Below are positions 32,609 to 43,023 of a DNA stretch of 64,000 nucleotides, in pieces. A program made the position numbers and the translations under genes. Every line of letters starts with the position of its first letter. Position 1 is the first letter of the stretch. A model generated the notes under the pieces. It did not search any database. It saw only the letters and a program-made list of their open reading frames with translations, and had not been told where the DNA came from. This stretch comes from an uncultured Rivularia sp. Its GTDB lineage: Bacteria > Cyanobacteriota > Cyanobacteriia > Cyanobacteriales > Nostocaceae. The stretch lies in NCBI GenBank assembly GCA_963665115.1, contig OY762007.1:7712001-7776000 (forward strand), written 5' to 3'.

Positions 32609-33307
32609 TTATAACTGCTCCGGATCGATACCTTTTTCCTGTAACTTTTTCAATAAATCCTGATAGCGTTGTTTTTCTACTTCTAATTGCGAAAGTGCAG
32701 CATCCGCACGCTGACGCTCTTGTTCTCGTTGTTGTGCAAGTTCAACGGAAGTCAGAAATTTTTCTCCATCAGGACGATAAATTTCTAAGGTTTGAGGTGT
32801 TAACTGAAACTTTATACCTAAAAGAGGACTCACCCAACCGTCCATCTCTTCAATCACTTCTAACCTATTTTCCTCTGCTTCTTTAATTTTTAACCAGCCA
32901 TTTAAGTCAATTTTGTTAGGATCGTAAATGTAATATTCCTCAACTCCATAGCGTTCGTAAAATTTTAATTTTTTTGCCATTTCCTTGAGAGTATTACCAG
33001 GAGACAGAATTTCAAATACTACTTGTACGGGGATATCTTCCTCTTCCCATTGTTTATAAGAACCTCTATCTCCTTTAGGTCTACCAAAAACAACCAAAAT
33101 ATCGGGAGCTTGACGGGTTAATTCCCCCGATACCGGATACCATAGCAAATCACCAGCGACGAAAACATCAGGTTGCGACGCAAACAATATTTCCAGATTT
33201 TCCTTAATAGTGACTATCCATTGGAATTGCTTGGTGTTATCAGCCATTGGTTGTCCGTCACTATCGGGGTAGATGATATTGGTTGGGGTTTCTGGTGTCA
33301 GTACCAT
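32609..33307 (-). CDS. Uma2 (DUF820) family putative endonuclease
   Basis: IIYPDSDGQPMADNTKQF, APDILVVFG, VVFEILSPGN and YGVEEYYIYDP motifs; coiled-coil tail. Confidence 0.92.
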   Translation of the reverse strand: MVLTPETPTNIIYPDSDGQPMADNTKQFQWIVTIKENLEILFASQPDVFVAGDLLWYPVSGELTRQAPDILVVFGRPKGDRGSYKQWEEEDIPVQVVFEILSPGNTLKEMAKKLKFYERYGVEEYYIYDPNKIDLNGWLKIKEAEENRLEVIEEMDGWVSPLLGIKFQLTPQTLEIYRPDGEKFLTSVELAQQREQERQRADAALSQLEVEKQRYQDLLKKLQEKGIDPEQL

Positions 33308-33772
33308 AGGTATTAACCCTGCGCGAATATTTAAAGTTAGATACTTTATTCTAATTTATTTTTCTTTAGTAACCCAACATTGTCTTATTAGTATTTTACT
33401 ATTCATCCAGAATTCTGATGTTGGTTTACGACACTTAGAAAATACATTTTCGTTACAAATTCAAATTACTTTATGTCCTCCGAACACGCTTCGCTAACGT
33501 GTCTAACTAACCTACCGTCTTATTAATAATTGTTAATTAATAAACCAGCGTGATTAATATTTTGGATTAACTTTGAAGAAGCAACAATTATCGGTATTCT
33601 ATAATATTTTACATCTGAGCAAAAATAATATTATTCATCCAGAATTCTGATGTTGGGTTACGACACGATTAAGATAAATTCTTATTACAAATTCAAATTG
33701 CTTTATGTCCTCCGGACACGCTTCGCTAACGTGTCTAACCCAACCTACAAATTATTATTAATTGTTTATTGA

Positions 33773-33879
33773 TACAGCATATTTCATCTTTGTGTGGTAC
33801 ATTCGGACGGGCAGGGATGCCCATCCCACAAGAGTTTTGTAATATGAGGCTGTACCTCACTTGTTTGCAAAGTGCTGTA
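33773..33879. mobile_element. MITE-like element with TACAGCA...TGCTGTA ends and an internal REP-like hairpin
   Basis: Ends TACAGCATATTTCA..GTGTGGTACA and TGTACCTCAC..TGCAAAGTGCTGTA; cargo GACGGGCAGGGATGCCCATCCCACAAGAG. An inverted partial copy lies at about 38043-38104. Confidence 0.65.
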
Positions 33880-33891
33880 ATTGATAATTGA

Positions 33892-36238
33892 TTACTGATA
33901 AACCAACCGTCTTGCTTTCCCATCATCTATAAATTCTTGTTCTCCCTTACCTATCACTTCAACAATTATTTTTCGTTCGTCGGGATTCCAATCCCCTTTC
34001 CTTTCTCCAATTTCAACTACTACCCGATCTGCTTCTAAATCAACTTTATATTGTGTAGTACAAATTTCACCGTCGCGATATGCAAATGTATTTCCGTCGT
34101 CTTCATACAAGGTAAATTCTCCTTTACCCGGTGCAACTAACAACCGCATTTCATTTACTGGTAATTCTTCAGCGTATTGCATTACTGGAATTAAAGGAAT
34201 AATCGCACCTTCTTTAATAAATAAAGGCATTTTTTCTAAAGGTGCATCAATCAAGATGTGTTGCAAACCTTGATAGGATTTTCTACTCCACCAGTCATAC
34301 CAGGTACCTTCAGGTAAATATACCATGCGATTTTCTACCCCTGGACGATAGATTGGTGCTGCCATTATCGAAGAACCTATTAATACTTGGTCGTATAGTT
34401 CGTAGGTTTTAGAATCGTTAGGATAATGATAAAGTAAAGGACGTAAAACAGGTTCGCCTTTTGTCGCTGCTTGCCAAAATAAAGTATAGAAATAAGCTAA
34501 TAATTGGTAGCGTAATTCGATATATTTACGACAAATATCTTCAACTTCTTGACCAAATTCCCAAGGTTCGTGACGCTTGGTATAAATCATTGAATGGGCA
34601 CGCATCAATGGGTAAAGCATTCCTACCTGCATCCAGCGAGCGAATAATTCTTGTGTGGCATCTCCCGCAAATCCACCGATATCTGCACCAACAAAAGCAA
34701 CACCGGATAATCCTAAATTACACAGCATCGGTAAGGATATTTCTAGATATTCCCACTTGGAATGATTATCACCAGTCCAAACCGCCGAATAATGCTGCAC
34801 TCCCGCAAAACCGGAACGAGTCAACACAAATGAACGTTTATCCGAACGCAATTTCTGCAACCCTTCATAGGAAGCACGCGCCATATTCATTCCGTATAAA
34901 TTATGGGTTTCCTTCCAAGTTGTTTTATCTTCCCCATCACCGGAAGATGCATCCATCGGAAAGGTAATTTTAATTCCTTCCAAATCTCCGAAAGGTTGAT
35001 TATTTAAAGCTGGTTCGTTCATATCATTCCAAATACCAGCCACACCCACATCGGTAAGATTATGCTGTAATTTTCCCCACCATTCCCGCACCTCAGCACG
35101 CATAAAATCTGGGAAAACTGCTCTATCGGGCCATACATAACCGTGGAACACTTTGCCATCTGCCCTACGGATGAAATAATCTTTTTCTAAACCTTCATCG
35201 CAAACTTGATAATCTGCCTCTGGGTCAAATTTTACTCCTGGATCGATAATATTAACAACTTTGATACCCTGCTGTGATAACTCTTCTATTAACTTTTTAG
35301 GATTGGGAAACCGCTGTTTATTCCAAGTAAATACCCGGAAACCCTGCATATAATCGATATCTAAGTGGATGACATCGCAGGGAATATGGCGATCGCGCAA
35401 CTGTTTGACTAATTCCCTTACTTCCGCTTCCGAATTGTAACTCCAACGGCATTGATGATAACCCAAAGCCCATCGTGGTGGTAAGGGCATTCTTCCGGTA
35501 AGCTGGGTATAGGTTTCAAGGATTGTTGCGGGTTCGGGGCCATAAATAATATAGTAATCGAGTTCGTTGTCTTGGGTTTTTAATTGCAAAGTATTTACTT
35601 CGCTAGCACCGACATCAAACTGACTCCGAAAAGTAGTATTGAAAAACAAACCATAACCAACATTTGGACGCAAAGACATAAAAAACGGAATCGCTTGGTA
35701 CATCTCATCCGTCAGCATCGTGTAATCCAAACTGTCTGTCGTCCAATTTGTTAAAAGCTTACCACGCTGATTCAACAATCCCGAACGTTCGCCGAAACCG
35801 TAAAATTTTTCCTCTGTGGTAATTTCTTTCCAATTAGAAATTTCACCTTTACGATAACCAATTCCCAAATCTGTATCGTGCGCGAAAGGATTCCCCGATT
35901 TATCAAAACACTTTATCCGACAGGGATTTCGTAGGGACGTGAACCTTAATTTTTTCAGTTTCGATAATTATTTGTTCGTTAGTTTCTTGAATATCGAAAT
36001 TAACAACATTCCATTCTTCATCTGGTAAATTTACAGCCCAAGAGCGTCTCGGTGTCAACTCCCCCGTAGGAGAAAAGCGGACTCGAATCAAATTATTTGC
36101 AAGAATAGTTAAAGTAAGAGGAGAATTATCACCGCAGTCGAAATATATTTCTTTGTCATTGCGTTGGAAACTTTGTACTGAGGATATAGAATTCCAAGCA
36201 GGTTCAGAAATGGGGAGTTGTCCGATAAATTCAGGCAT
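33892..36238 (-). CDS. GH31 alpha-glucosidase; +1 frameshift at about 35934-35936
   Basis: IHLDIDYM, WNDMNEP and WTGDN motifs. The two ORFs join as KIKVHV-LRNPCRIKCFDKSGNPFAHDTDLGIGYR. Confidence 0.9.
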
Positions 36239-36409
36239 ATTATCAGGAAGTTGGGCTAATATGCAATCTACAATAACTTGAATTGGAGATGACTAAAAGA
36301 GGTTTTGAGATAGTTTTGTAAGTATAGGTTTCTTCACAAAATATATAAGAAAAAACACGGCGTATTTATGATATATGATAAACACAAACTATATATTTAG
36401 TCTCTACAG

Positions 36410-37576
36410 ATGAAATATTATCAAGCGGTAATACCCGCGATAGTAGGAACATCGCTGGTTATTTTACAATGTGAAACGGCAAACGCTTTATCGTCGCAAG
36501 AAGTGGCGAAGATTGCTCAAGGGATTACTGTATTAATTGATTACAAAGATAATCCTCATAATGGTTCCGGCGTAATTATTCAGAAAGAGGGGAACACTTA
36601 TACTATTTTGACTGCCGCTCATGTGGTAGAAAACCCAAACCGAAAATATGAAATTGTTACTCCTGATAAGAAGCGTTATTCTCTAAATCACAGCACCGTT
36701 AAAGTGCTACCCAATCAAATAGATTTAGCTGTTGTTACATTTACTAGCAACAACAATTACAAAGTCGCATCTATTGGTAACTCCGACACCAGCGAAAGGG
36801 GCACGGTAGCCTATATAAGCGGCTTTCCAGAGAAAAATGCAGTTATCAACGAATCAATTCTTACCTTTACTGAAGGCAAGATAGCTGCTAATTCCAATCT
36901 AAAAAATGGTTATGCTTTGGTTTACGATATTACTACCAAAGGGGGGATGAGTGGCGGTGCGGTATTAAACGATGCGGGTAAGCTAATCGGTATTCATGGT
37001 AGAGGAGATATCAGTTACGATGAACAAACCGATACCATTCAAAAAAGCGGTTTGAATTTAGGTATTCCTATCAACACATTTGTAAGACTTTCAACCCAAG
37101 TAGCCGTAAATACCGGAGTAACTGCATCCCCTGTAGTTGCAACTTCCTCAGTCAAAGCTGAGGATTTACTTGCAAGAGGTGTTAATAAAAATCTGTATGG
37201 GAACCATACTGGAGCAATTGCTGATTTTACGCAAGCTATCAACCTTAATCCTCAATATGCTGAAGCATTTTTGGGAAGGGGTAATGCTCGCATTAAATTA
37301 AAGGATTACCAAAGTGCAATCAATGACTTAAACCAAGCTATTAAAATTAATCCGTTAGATGCTGATGCTTATAGCAACCGAAGTGTTGCTCGTACTAAAT
37401 TAGGAGATATACAAGGGGGAGCAAATGATATGAAAATATCAACTGAACTACTTTTACAACAGCAACGAGAATTTCAAGATAGAATGAGTAAAATTAAAGA
37501 AGACCATGAATATAGACAGCGTTTTATGGAAGAACTTAGACGAGAAGCAGAAAATAACAAAAATTCCTTTAATTGA
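36410..37576 (+). CDS. Trypsin-like serine protease with C-terminal TPR repeats
   Basis: GSGVII, LTAAHVV, DLAVV and GGMSGG triad motifs; GAIADFTQAINLNPQYAEAF TPRs. Confidence 0.9.
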   Translation: MKYYQAVIPAIVGTSLVILQCETANALSSQEVAKIAQGITVLIDYKDNPHNGSGVIIQKEGNTYTILTAAHVVENPNRKYEIVTPDKKRYSLNHSTVKVLPNQIDLAVVTFTSNNNYKVASIGNSDTSERGTVAYISGFPEKNAVINESILTFTEGKIAANSNLKNGYALVYDITTKGGMSGGAVLNDAGKLIGIHGRGDISYDEQTDTIQKSGLNLGIPINTFVRLSTQVAVNTGVTASPVVATSSVKAEDLLARGVNKNLYGNHTGAIADFTQAINLNPQYAEAFLGRGNARIKLKDYQSAINDLNQAIKINPLDADAYSNRSVARTKLGDIQGGANDMKISTELLLQQQREFQDRMSKIKEDHEYRQRFMEELRREAENNKNSFN

Positions 37577-37753
37577 ACTACTCAAATAAAATCTAAAAAT
37601 TCAACGGTAATTATAGCAGCTGATTCGTTTCATTAAACAAATTATATTATACCTGTAGTTAAAGCGATCGCCCTATTAACTGGCGCTGCGAATAATCGCA
37701 TGGGGGAAGGCGATCGCTATTCCCCCAGTTTAAAAATTTAGTTAGATTGTCAG

Positions 37754-37957
37754 TTAATCTGACTTGGGATGCCAGTTGCCATCTTCACCTTTTACATAAT
37801 CGCGCTTTACTGCTGCCCAAGCAAGTTTAAATGCCGTTTCTTCTTCGTCGTATTCTTCAATCGCATTGTTAAACGCAGCTAAAAATATTTCATTCGCGTG
37901 TTTGGGTAAATGATTCTTGACGCTATCAGGTAAGTCTTTAATGTCTTGATAAGGCAT
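37754..37957 (-). CDS. chaB: ChaB family protein
   Basis: MPYQDIKDLPDSVKNHLPKHANEIFLAAFNNA...AWAAVKRDY. Confidence 0.9.
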   Translation of the reverse strand: MPYQDIKDLPDSVKNHLPKHANEIFLAAFNNAIEEYDEEETAFKLAWAAVKRDYVKGEDGNWHPKSD

Positions 37958-38167
37958 ATTAATAAAAGTGCAATGATGCTTACAACATTTTCCTTTTATC
38001 TACGAAAGCGTGTACTTTTCATCAATCTTGGCTTATATTATAAAACTCTTGTGGGATGGGCATCCCTGCCCGTCCGAATGTACCTCACTAAGATAAAAGA
38101 TGCTTTATGGTGCGTTGCGCTGTCGCGACAACACACCCTACAAAATCAAACCTTTAACCTTTGACCT

Positions 38168-39736
38168 CTAACCTTCTTCTAAAACATCCTGCAATAAAGG
38201 TGCAAGCTCTTGATTTAATCGACCATTTCGGACAAATTCGGCATAAGTATCAGCTTCTACTGCTAATAGTTCATTCCGCAGTTGTTCGCTGGCAAATTCT
38301 CGTAAGCTGGGATGCTCAATCTGTAATTTATTGATTTTTTCTGATATATTACTCAGTTCTCCTTTTATTAATGCTTCCTGGTAGCGACAAAATTCCATAT
38401 CAAGTCCGGGGCGTTCGTCGTCTACTTCATCTAAGTATTTGAGAACTCGTTGTAGGGCATTTTCACGCGCTACGAACTGCATATATTCTTGACGTAAAGG
38501 TTGATCGCCAAGAAGATTTAGTTGTTTTAGTAAAGGTTTTGTAGTTAATCCTTGTACTAATAAAGTAAATAAAACTACGCCAAATACTGTAGAAATAATG
38601 TCTTCTCTTTCGTTTCCTAAAATAGTCGGTACGCTCAACGCTAGAGCAATAGAAACCGAACCCCGCAAACCTCCCCACCAAAGTATTGTTTGTTCCGCTA
38701 AACTAATATTGGAATTAGCTACGCGATTGCTGAAGAAACCTAAAGCGTAAACGGAGATTAATCTCGATAAAATCATTCCCGCAATTGTTACGCCGATAAT
38801 TAATAAGTTATCTGCTAAATTTGAGAATCGTATTTGATCGCCGATTAATAAGAAAACAATTGAGTTAACAAAGAAAGCTACAAATTCCCAAAATTCGCTA
38901 ACAATTACTCTCGTGCGCGGGTTCATGCCGATTCGGGAACCAAAGTTACCTAAAATTAAACCACAAGTTACAACACCAATTACACCAGATCCGCCAAATT
39001 CTTCAGCAATGATATAGGTACCGTAAGCTGACACCAATGTTAAAGATTGTTCTACCAAAGGTAAATCGAATCTTTGAGTTAGATAAGAGATACCAAAACC
39101 AATTAAACCACCAACTGCCAGCCCGATACCAACAACGCTAATTAATTCTAAAACTACTTCTGATACTCCTAGTTTTGCGGTTCCCAAAGGTAGCGCAACT
39201 AAGAAACTAAAAGCAACAACGGCCATACCGTCATTGAACAAACTTTCCCCTTCCATTAAAGTACTAAGGCGTTTGTCAACTCCTAATTCGCGAAACAAAG
39301 CAGTTACGGAAACCGGATCTGTAGCAGAAAGGCTTGCACCAACTAGTAAAGCTGTGGTTATAGGCAATCCGGCAACTTGATTTAAACCAAACGCCACGCC
39401 AATAATAGAAATTACTACTCCGACAACAGCATAAAGAGTTATAGGAAAGAAATCTCGTTTCAAATTCGACCACTTTAAATTCCATGCTGCCTCAAATAAT
39501 AAAGGAGGCAGGAAAATTGCCAGGATTAATTCGGGTGAAAGATTTACTAAGCGTACATCAACGAACGCCAAACCTAAACCGGCGATTACCAACAATAAAG
39601 TGTAAGGTATTTGGCGAAACCAGCTAAAAACTTGCGGTAATGTCGCCACACTTAGAGATACAGACAGTACTAAGAGAAATTGTTTGAGATTTTGTTCGAT
39701 ACCGACGGCTTCACCCACCGCATTTTCGATTGCCAT
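38168..39736 (-). CDS. Na+/H+ antiporter, CPA1 (NhaP-like)
   Basis: FLPPLLFEAA, SATDPVSV, EGESLFNDG and WGGLRG motifs. Confidence 0.93.
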   Translation of the reverse strand: MAIENAVGEAVGIEQNLKQFLLVLSVSLSVATLPQVFSWFRQIPYTLLLVIAGLGLAFVDVRLVNLSPELILAIFLPPLLFEAAWNLKWSNLKRDFFPITLYAVVGVVISIIGVAFGLNQVAGLPITTALLVGASLSATDPVSVTALFRELGVDKRLSTLMEGESLFNDGMAVVAFSFLVALPLGTAKLGVSEVVLELISVVGIGLAVGGLIGFGISYLTQRFDLPLVEQSLTLVSAYGTYIIAEEFGGSGVIGVVTCGLILGNFGSRIGMNPRTRVIVSEFWEFVAFFVNSIVFLLIGDQIRFSNLADNLLIIGVTIAGMILSRLISVYALGFFSNRVANSNISLAEQTILWWGGLRGSVSIALALSVPTILGNEREDIISTVFGVVLFTLLVQGLTTKPLLKQLNLLGDQPLRQEYMQFVARENALQRVLKYLDEVDDERPGLDMEFCRYQEALIKGELSNISEKINKLQIEHPSLREFASEQLRNELLAVEADTYAEFVRNGRLNQELAPLLQDVLEEG

Positions 39737-39874
39737 AGCCTTTAATTGTAGATTTTTGCATTTGCTGTACCCAGATGTTTATATTTGGCTGTGAATGTCG
39801 CTTTCTTACGAGCATCTGCCAAACATTTGAGGTTGCAACAATCCATTTTAGGCGCTTGTTAGGCATTTTTATTA

Positions 39875-40723
39875 TCAGGATTCACGTAAACCAAAAATGT
39901 TTAACTGCATATCCATACCATTTAATACATCAATAGTATGCAAAGGTTGCGGAGATTGACATAATGTTTGAACATAAATTCTAAAACCTGCCTTACTTAA
40001 AATATTAATTAAAACATCTAAGGATTGAGGTTTATCGGCAAATGAGTGATACTCAACAAATATATTTTTAACATTAACAAGTTCTGATTGACAGTCTTTT
40101 AAAACTTCAGTTTCAGCACCTTCAATATCTATTTTTAGAAAGTCTACAGGTTGTTTTAAATAATCGCTTAGGCGAACTGTGGGAACTTGATATTTCTTCA
40201 AGTCCGATTGTTCCTCAGATAATCTTCCGGCATCTGAACCTTCCGATGTAAATTCTAGAAATCCTTCCGACTTCCAAACGGCTTTTCTATTTAGTTCTAT
40301 ATCAGAAATATTAAAGTTTTTGATGTTTTCCTCTAAAGTATTGAAAACATTTAAGTCTGGTTCAAATGCTATGATACGGCTTCCAGGATACAATCTCTTT
40401 AAATATAAAATACTCAGACCAATATTAGCTCCACAATCGATAATTAAAGGATTATTAGTTTTGGAGTTAAAATTATAAATCTCTGAGTCAAAAATTTCAT
40501 AATATGTCCACAAAAATGAAGCAGAATCAACTAACTTAAATATTTTCCCAAATAAATCGATCGATGTTTCTGTATATCTTGGAGTCAACGCTAGCTTTAA
40601 TAATTTGAGCTTCAAGTTAATCTGTGATAATTGAAACTTCCATTTATGAGGAATAATAAATAGCTTAACTAAAGACTTAAATAAAGATAAAAAATAGTTT
40701 GAGGAATCAATTTGTAAAGTCAT
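39875..40723 (-). CDS. FkbM family methyltransferase
   Basis: IIDCGANIG, AFEPD and FLKIDIEGAE motifs. Confidence 0.9.
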   Translation of the reverse strand: MTLQIDSSNYFLSLFKSLVKLFIIPHKWKFQLSQINLKLKLLKLALTPRYTETSIDLFGKIFKLVDSASFLWTYYEIFDSEIYNFNSKTNNPLIIDCGANIGLSILYLKRLYPGSRIIAFEPDLNVFNTLEENIKNFNISDIELNRKAVWKSEGFLEFTSEGSDAGRLSEEQSDLKKYQVPTVRLSDYLKQPVDFLKIDIEGAETEVLKDCQSELVNVKNIFVEYHSFADKPQSLDVLINILSKAGFRIYVQTLCQSPQPLHTIDVLNGMDMQLNIFGLRES

Positions 40724-40918
40724 GTTTTCTCCTTTGATTCAATACATATATAATTTTTTCAACACTGTTTTGAACTAATTATACTTGTATTTTGCTTTCA
40801 GAGGATATTCCTCAAGCAAATCTTTATACTCGAAACCCCCAATTACCTGAAGAACGAAATTGCCAATTCTTCATTGATAATTAATACACACCCCCACCAC
40901 GGCGATCGCTGATAATTG

Positions 40919-42935
40919 TTAGTTAGACACTTCTTGTAAACGTTGCTTATAAGGTTTCGCAGAAGTTTCGACACCATTTACTACTAAACCTAATACTTGA
41001 GCCTGATGTTCCATTAATTGCTGCAAACTATCGCGAAACTGAGTTACTAAAACTCATACCCGGTTTGACAATAAACAATACATTCTTGATTTGAGCCGTC
41101 ATTAATGGTGTCGCGGATGTGGCACTTACGGGAGCGGTATCAACTAAAACATAGTCGTATTTATCGTCAGATTCAGCATCTGCTAGCGCTTGTTTAAATT
41201 TTCCCTGGGATACCATTTTTACAATGTTGCCGTTTTGTGGTGTTGCAGGCAATAAATCCAAATTCGGTTCGATAGGAATAACCGTTGTTATATGGGGTAA
41301 TTTAGCGAAACCCAAATTTTGAGTCAATTCTGCTCGGATAAAATCGCCATCAACTACCAGCACTCGAAAACCCAAATCTACTAATGCTTTTGCTAATCCT
41401 AAAGTTATAGTTGTTTTACCTTCACCTTCCATCGCGCTGGTAATTAATAGATGAGGATTATTTAAAGGTTGTAAACTCAGCGCTGAAGCAAGACGTTGAA
41501 ATTTTACTTCTTTATCATCATCTGTTAATTCTGCATCTTTGATGCGGGGAATAGAAACAACCATTGGGAATTGCATATCTTGTAAGTCTTTGGGACTTAA
41601 TAATGGGTTGCGTCTTTCTAATAATAAGATTAAGGCAACACTACCAATGATTCCCGCCAACAAAGCATTTAAAATCATTAAGGACTTCTTAGGAGAAACA
41701 GGTTTGTTCTCAGCTCTGGGTGCATCTAATATTTCAACATTAGGATAAACATCAAAAACATCGATATTAGTTTGCTGTACCTGAGCGACTAAACCTTTAT
41801 AAACCCCCTCTGCAACGTCAACGTTGCGCTGAAGTTCTGATAATCTTTTTTGTTGTTCGGGAATTGAATTTAAATTCGTTGTTAGTTGATTTATTTGATT
41901 TTGTATCAGTTGAGCGCGTTTTTGCTGACCGGATGCTTCAGTTTCTGCCAAAATTAATTGTTCAATCAAACCAGCGCGTCCTTCTCCTTGACTGCTTACT
42001 GTAGTATCGATAGAAGCTCCAGCAGCCGCAGTTTGAATTTGGTTTTGCATCCGACTGAATAATACTTGCTGCTCTTGTAACAGTTCTTGAACAACGGGAT
42101 GATTATCTGTATATTTAGTACGTAGACGGGCTAGATCGGTTTTAATTTGTGATAGTTTATCTCTAATAAATTGATAGTCTTTGTTTTCACCCAAGCTTAA
42201 AGAACGAATTGCTTGGTTCGGCGACATTTGTAAACGAATTGATAAAGTATTAACGCGATTCTGATTGTATTCGGCTTGTGATAATGCTTCTAACTGAGCT
42301 TTTGTTAAACTGTCAATGGTAGTTACAATTGCTTTTGTTTGTTCCGGAGAATCAACTAAAGCACTAGCTTGTTTAAATTTTGCTAATGTTTGTTGTGCCA
42401 AAATCAAATTATTTTTAGCAATTTCTAATTCGTCAGCACTAAATTCTCTTTTTGATAAACGGTTTTGTTTGCGAAGTTGTTTGAGTCGCTGCTGAAACAA
42501 AGTAATGTGATTATTTGCTCGTAATTCTGCTAATTCTGGAGTAGAACCCTTTACATCTACATAAAGAATACGCGAACTTTCGTCAACGTTAACTTGGAAC
42601 AGCGATTTATAACTAGATAATCCTTTAAATTTCTTTTTTTGTGGATCTATACTTAGTACCTTTTCGATTAAAGTATCGCTAGTTAGAATACTTTGCTGCA
42701 TTTGCAATTGACTATCGCTATTTGCAGAAATGCCAGAATCTCCTTTTTTTAAAGAACCCAAAATTCCCAAACTAGCATCTAAATTGCCATTTGTTCCGGG
42801 CATTGTCAATTGTGTTGTTGCATTCCACACGCGGGGTGTAACCGCAGCAATATAACTAACTAAGCCTAAAACTAATAGGTTCCAAAGTAGTACAGGTTTC
42901 CAATGTCTAATGGCGATCGCAGTTATTTTATTCAT
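40919..42935 (-). CDS. GumC/Wzc-like polysaccharide co-polymerase (operon B); +1 frameshift at about 41036-41038
   Basis: YTDNHPVVQ, PVSPKK and Walker A SAMEGEGKTT. The corrected tail SVRDSLQQLMEHQAQVLGLVVNGVE matches paralog 49735..51762. Confidence 0.88.
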
Positions 42936-43023
42936 AATATTAATCAGTTATTAGTTAACAGTGAGCAGTGAGCAGTTATCAATTATCAATTATCAATTAC
43001 CAATTAACAATTACCTCTTACCT

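Larger units (their letters stand above)
31095..33748 (-). repeat. Four co-oriented copies of a 100-bp GTAG-footed hairpin (31095-31194, 32445-32545, 33417-33515, 33649-33748)
   Basis: The minus strand reads GTAGGTTGGGTTAGACAC-GTTAGCGAAGCGTGTCCGGAGGACAT...GTGTCGTAACCCAACA, with small variations, in each copy. Confidence 0.88.

Noticed and set aside
31095..33748. Canonical integron attC sites
   Set aside because: The GTTRRRY and RYYYAAC boxes are in the reverse order to attC, the foot is a GTAG REP signature, and there is no intI in the window.
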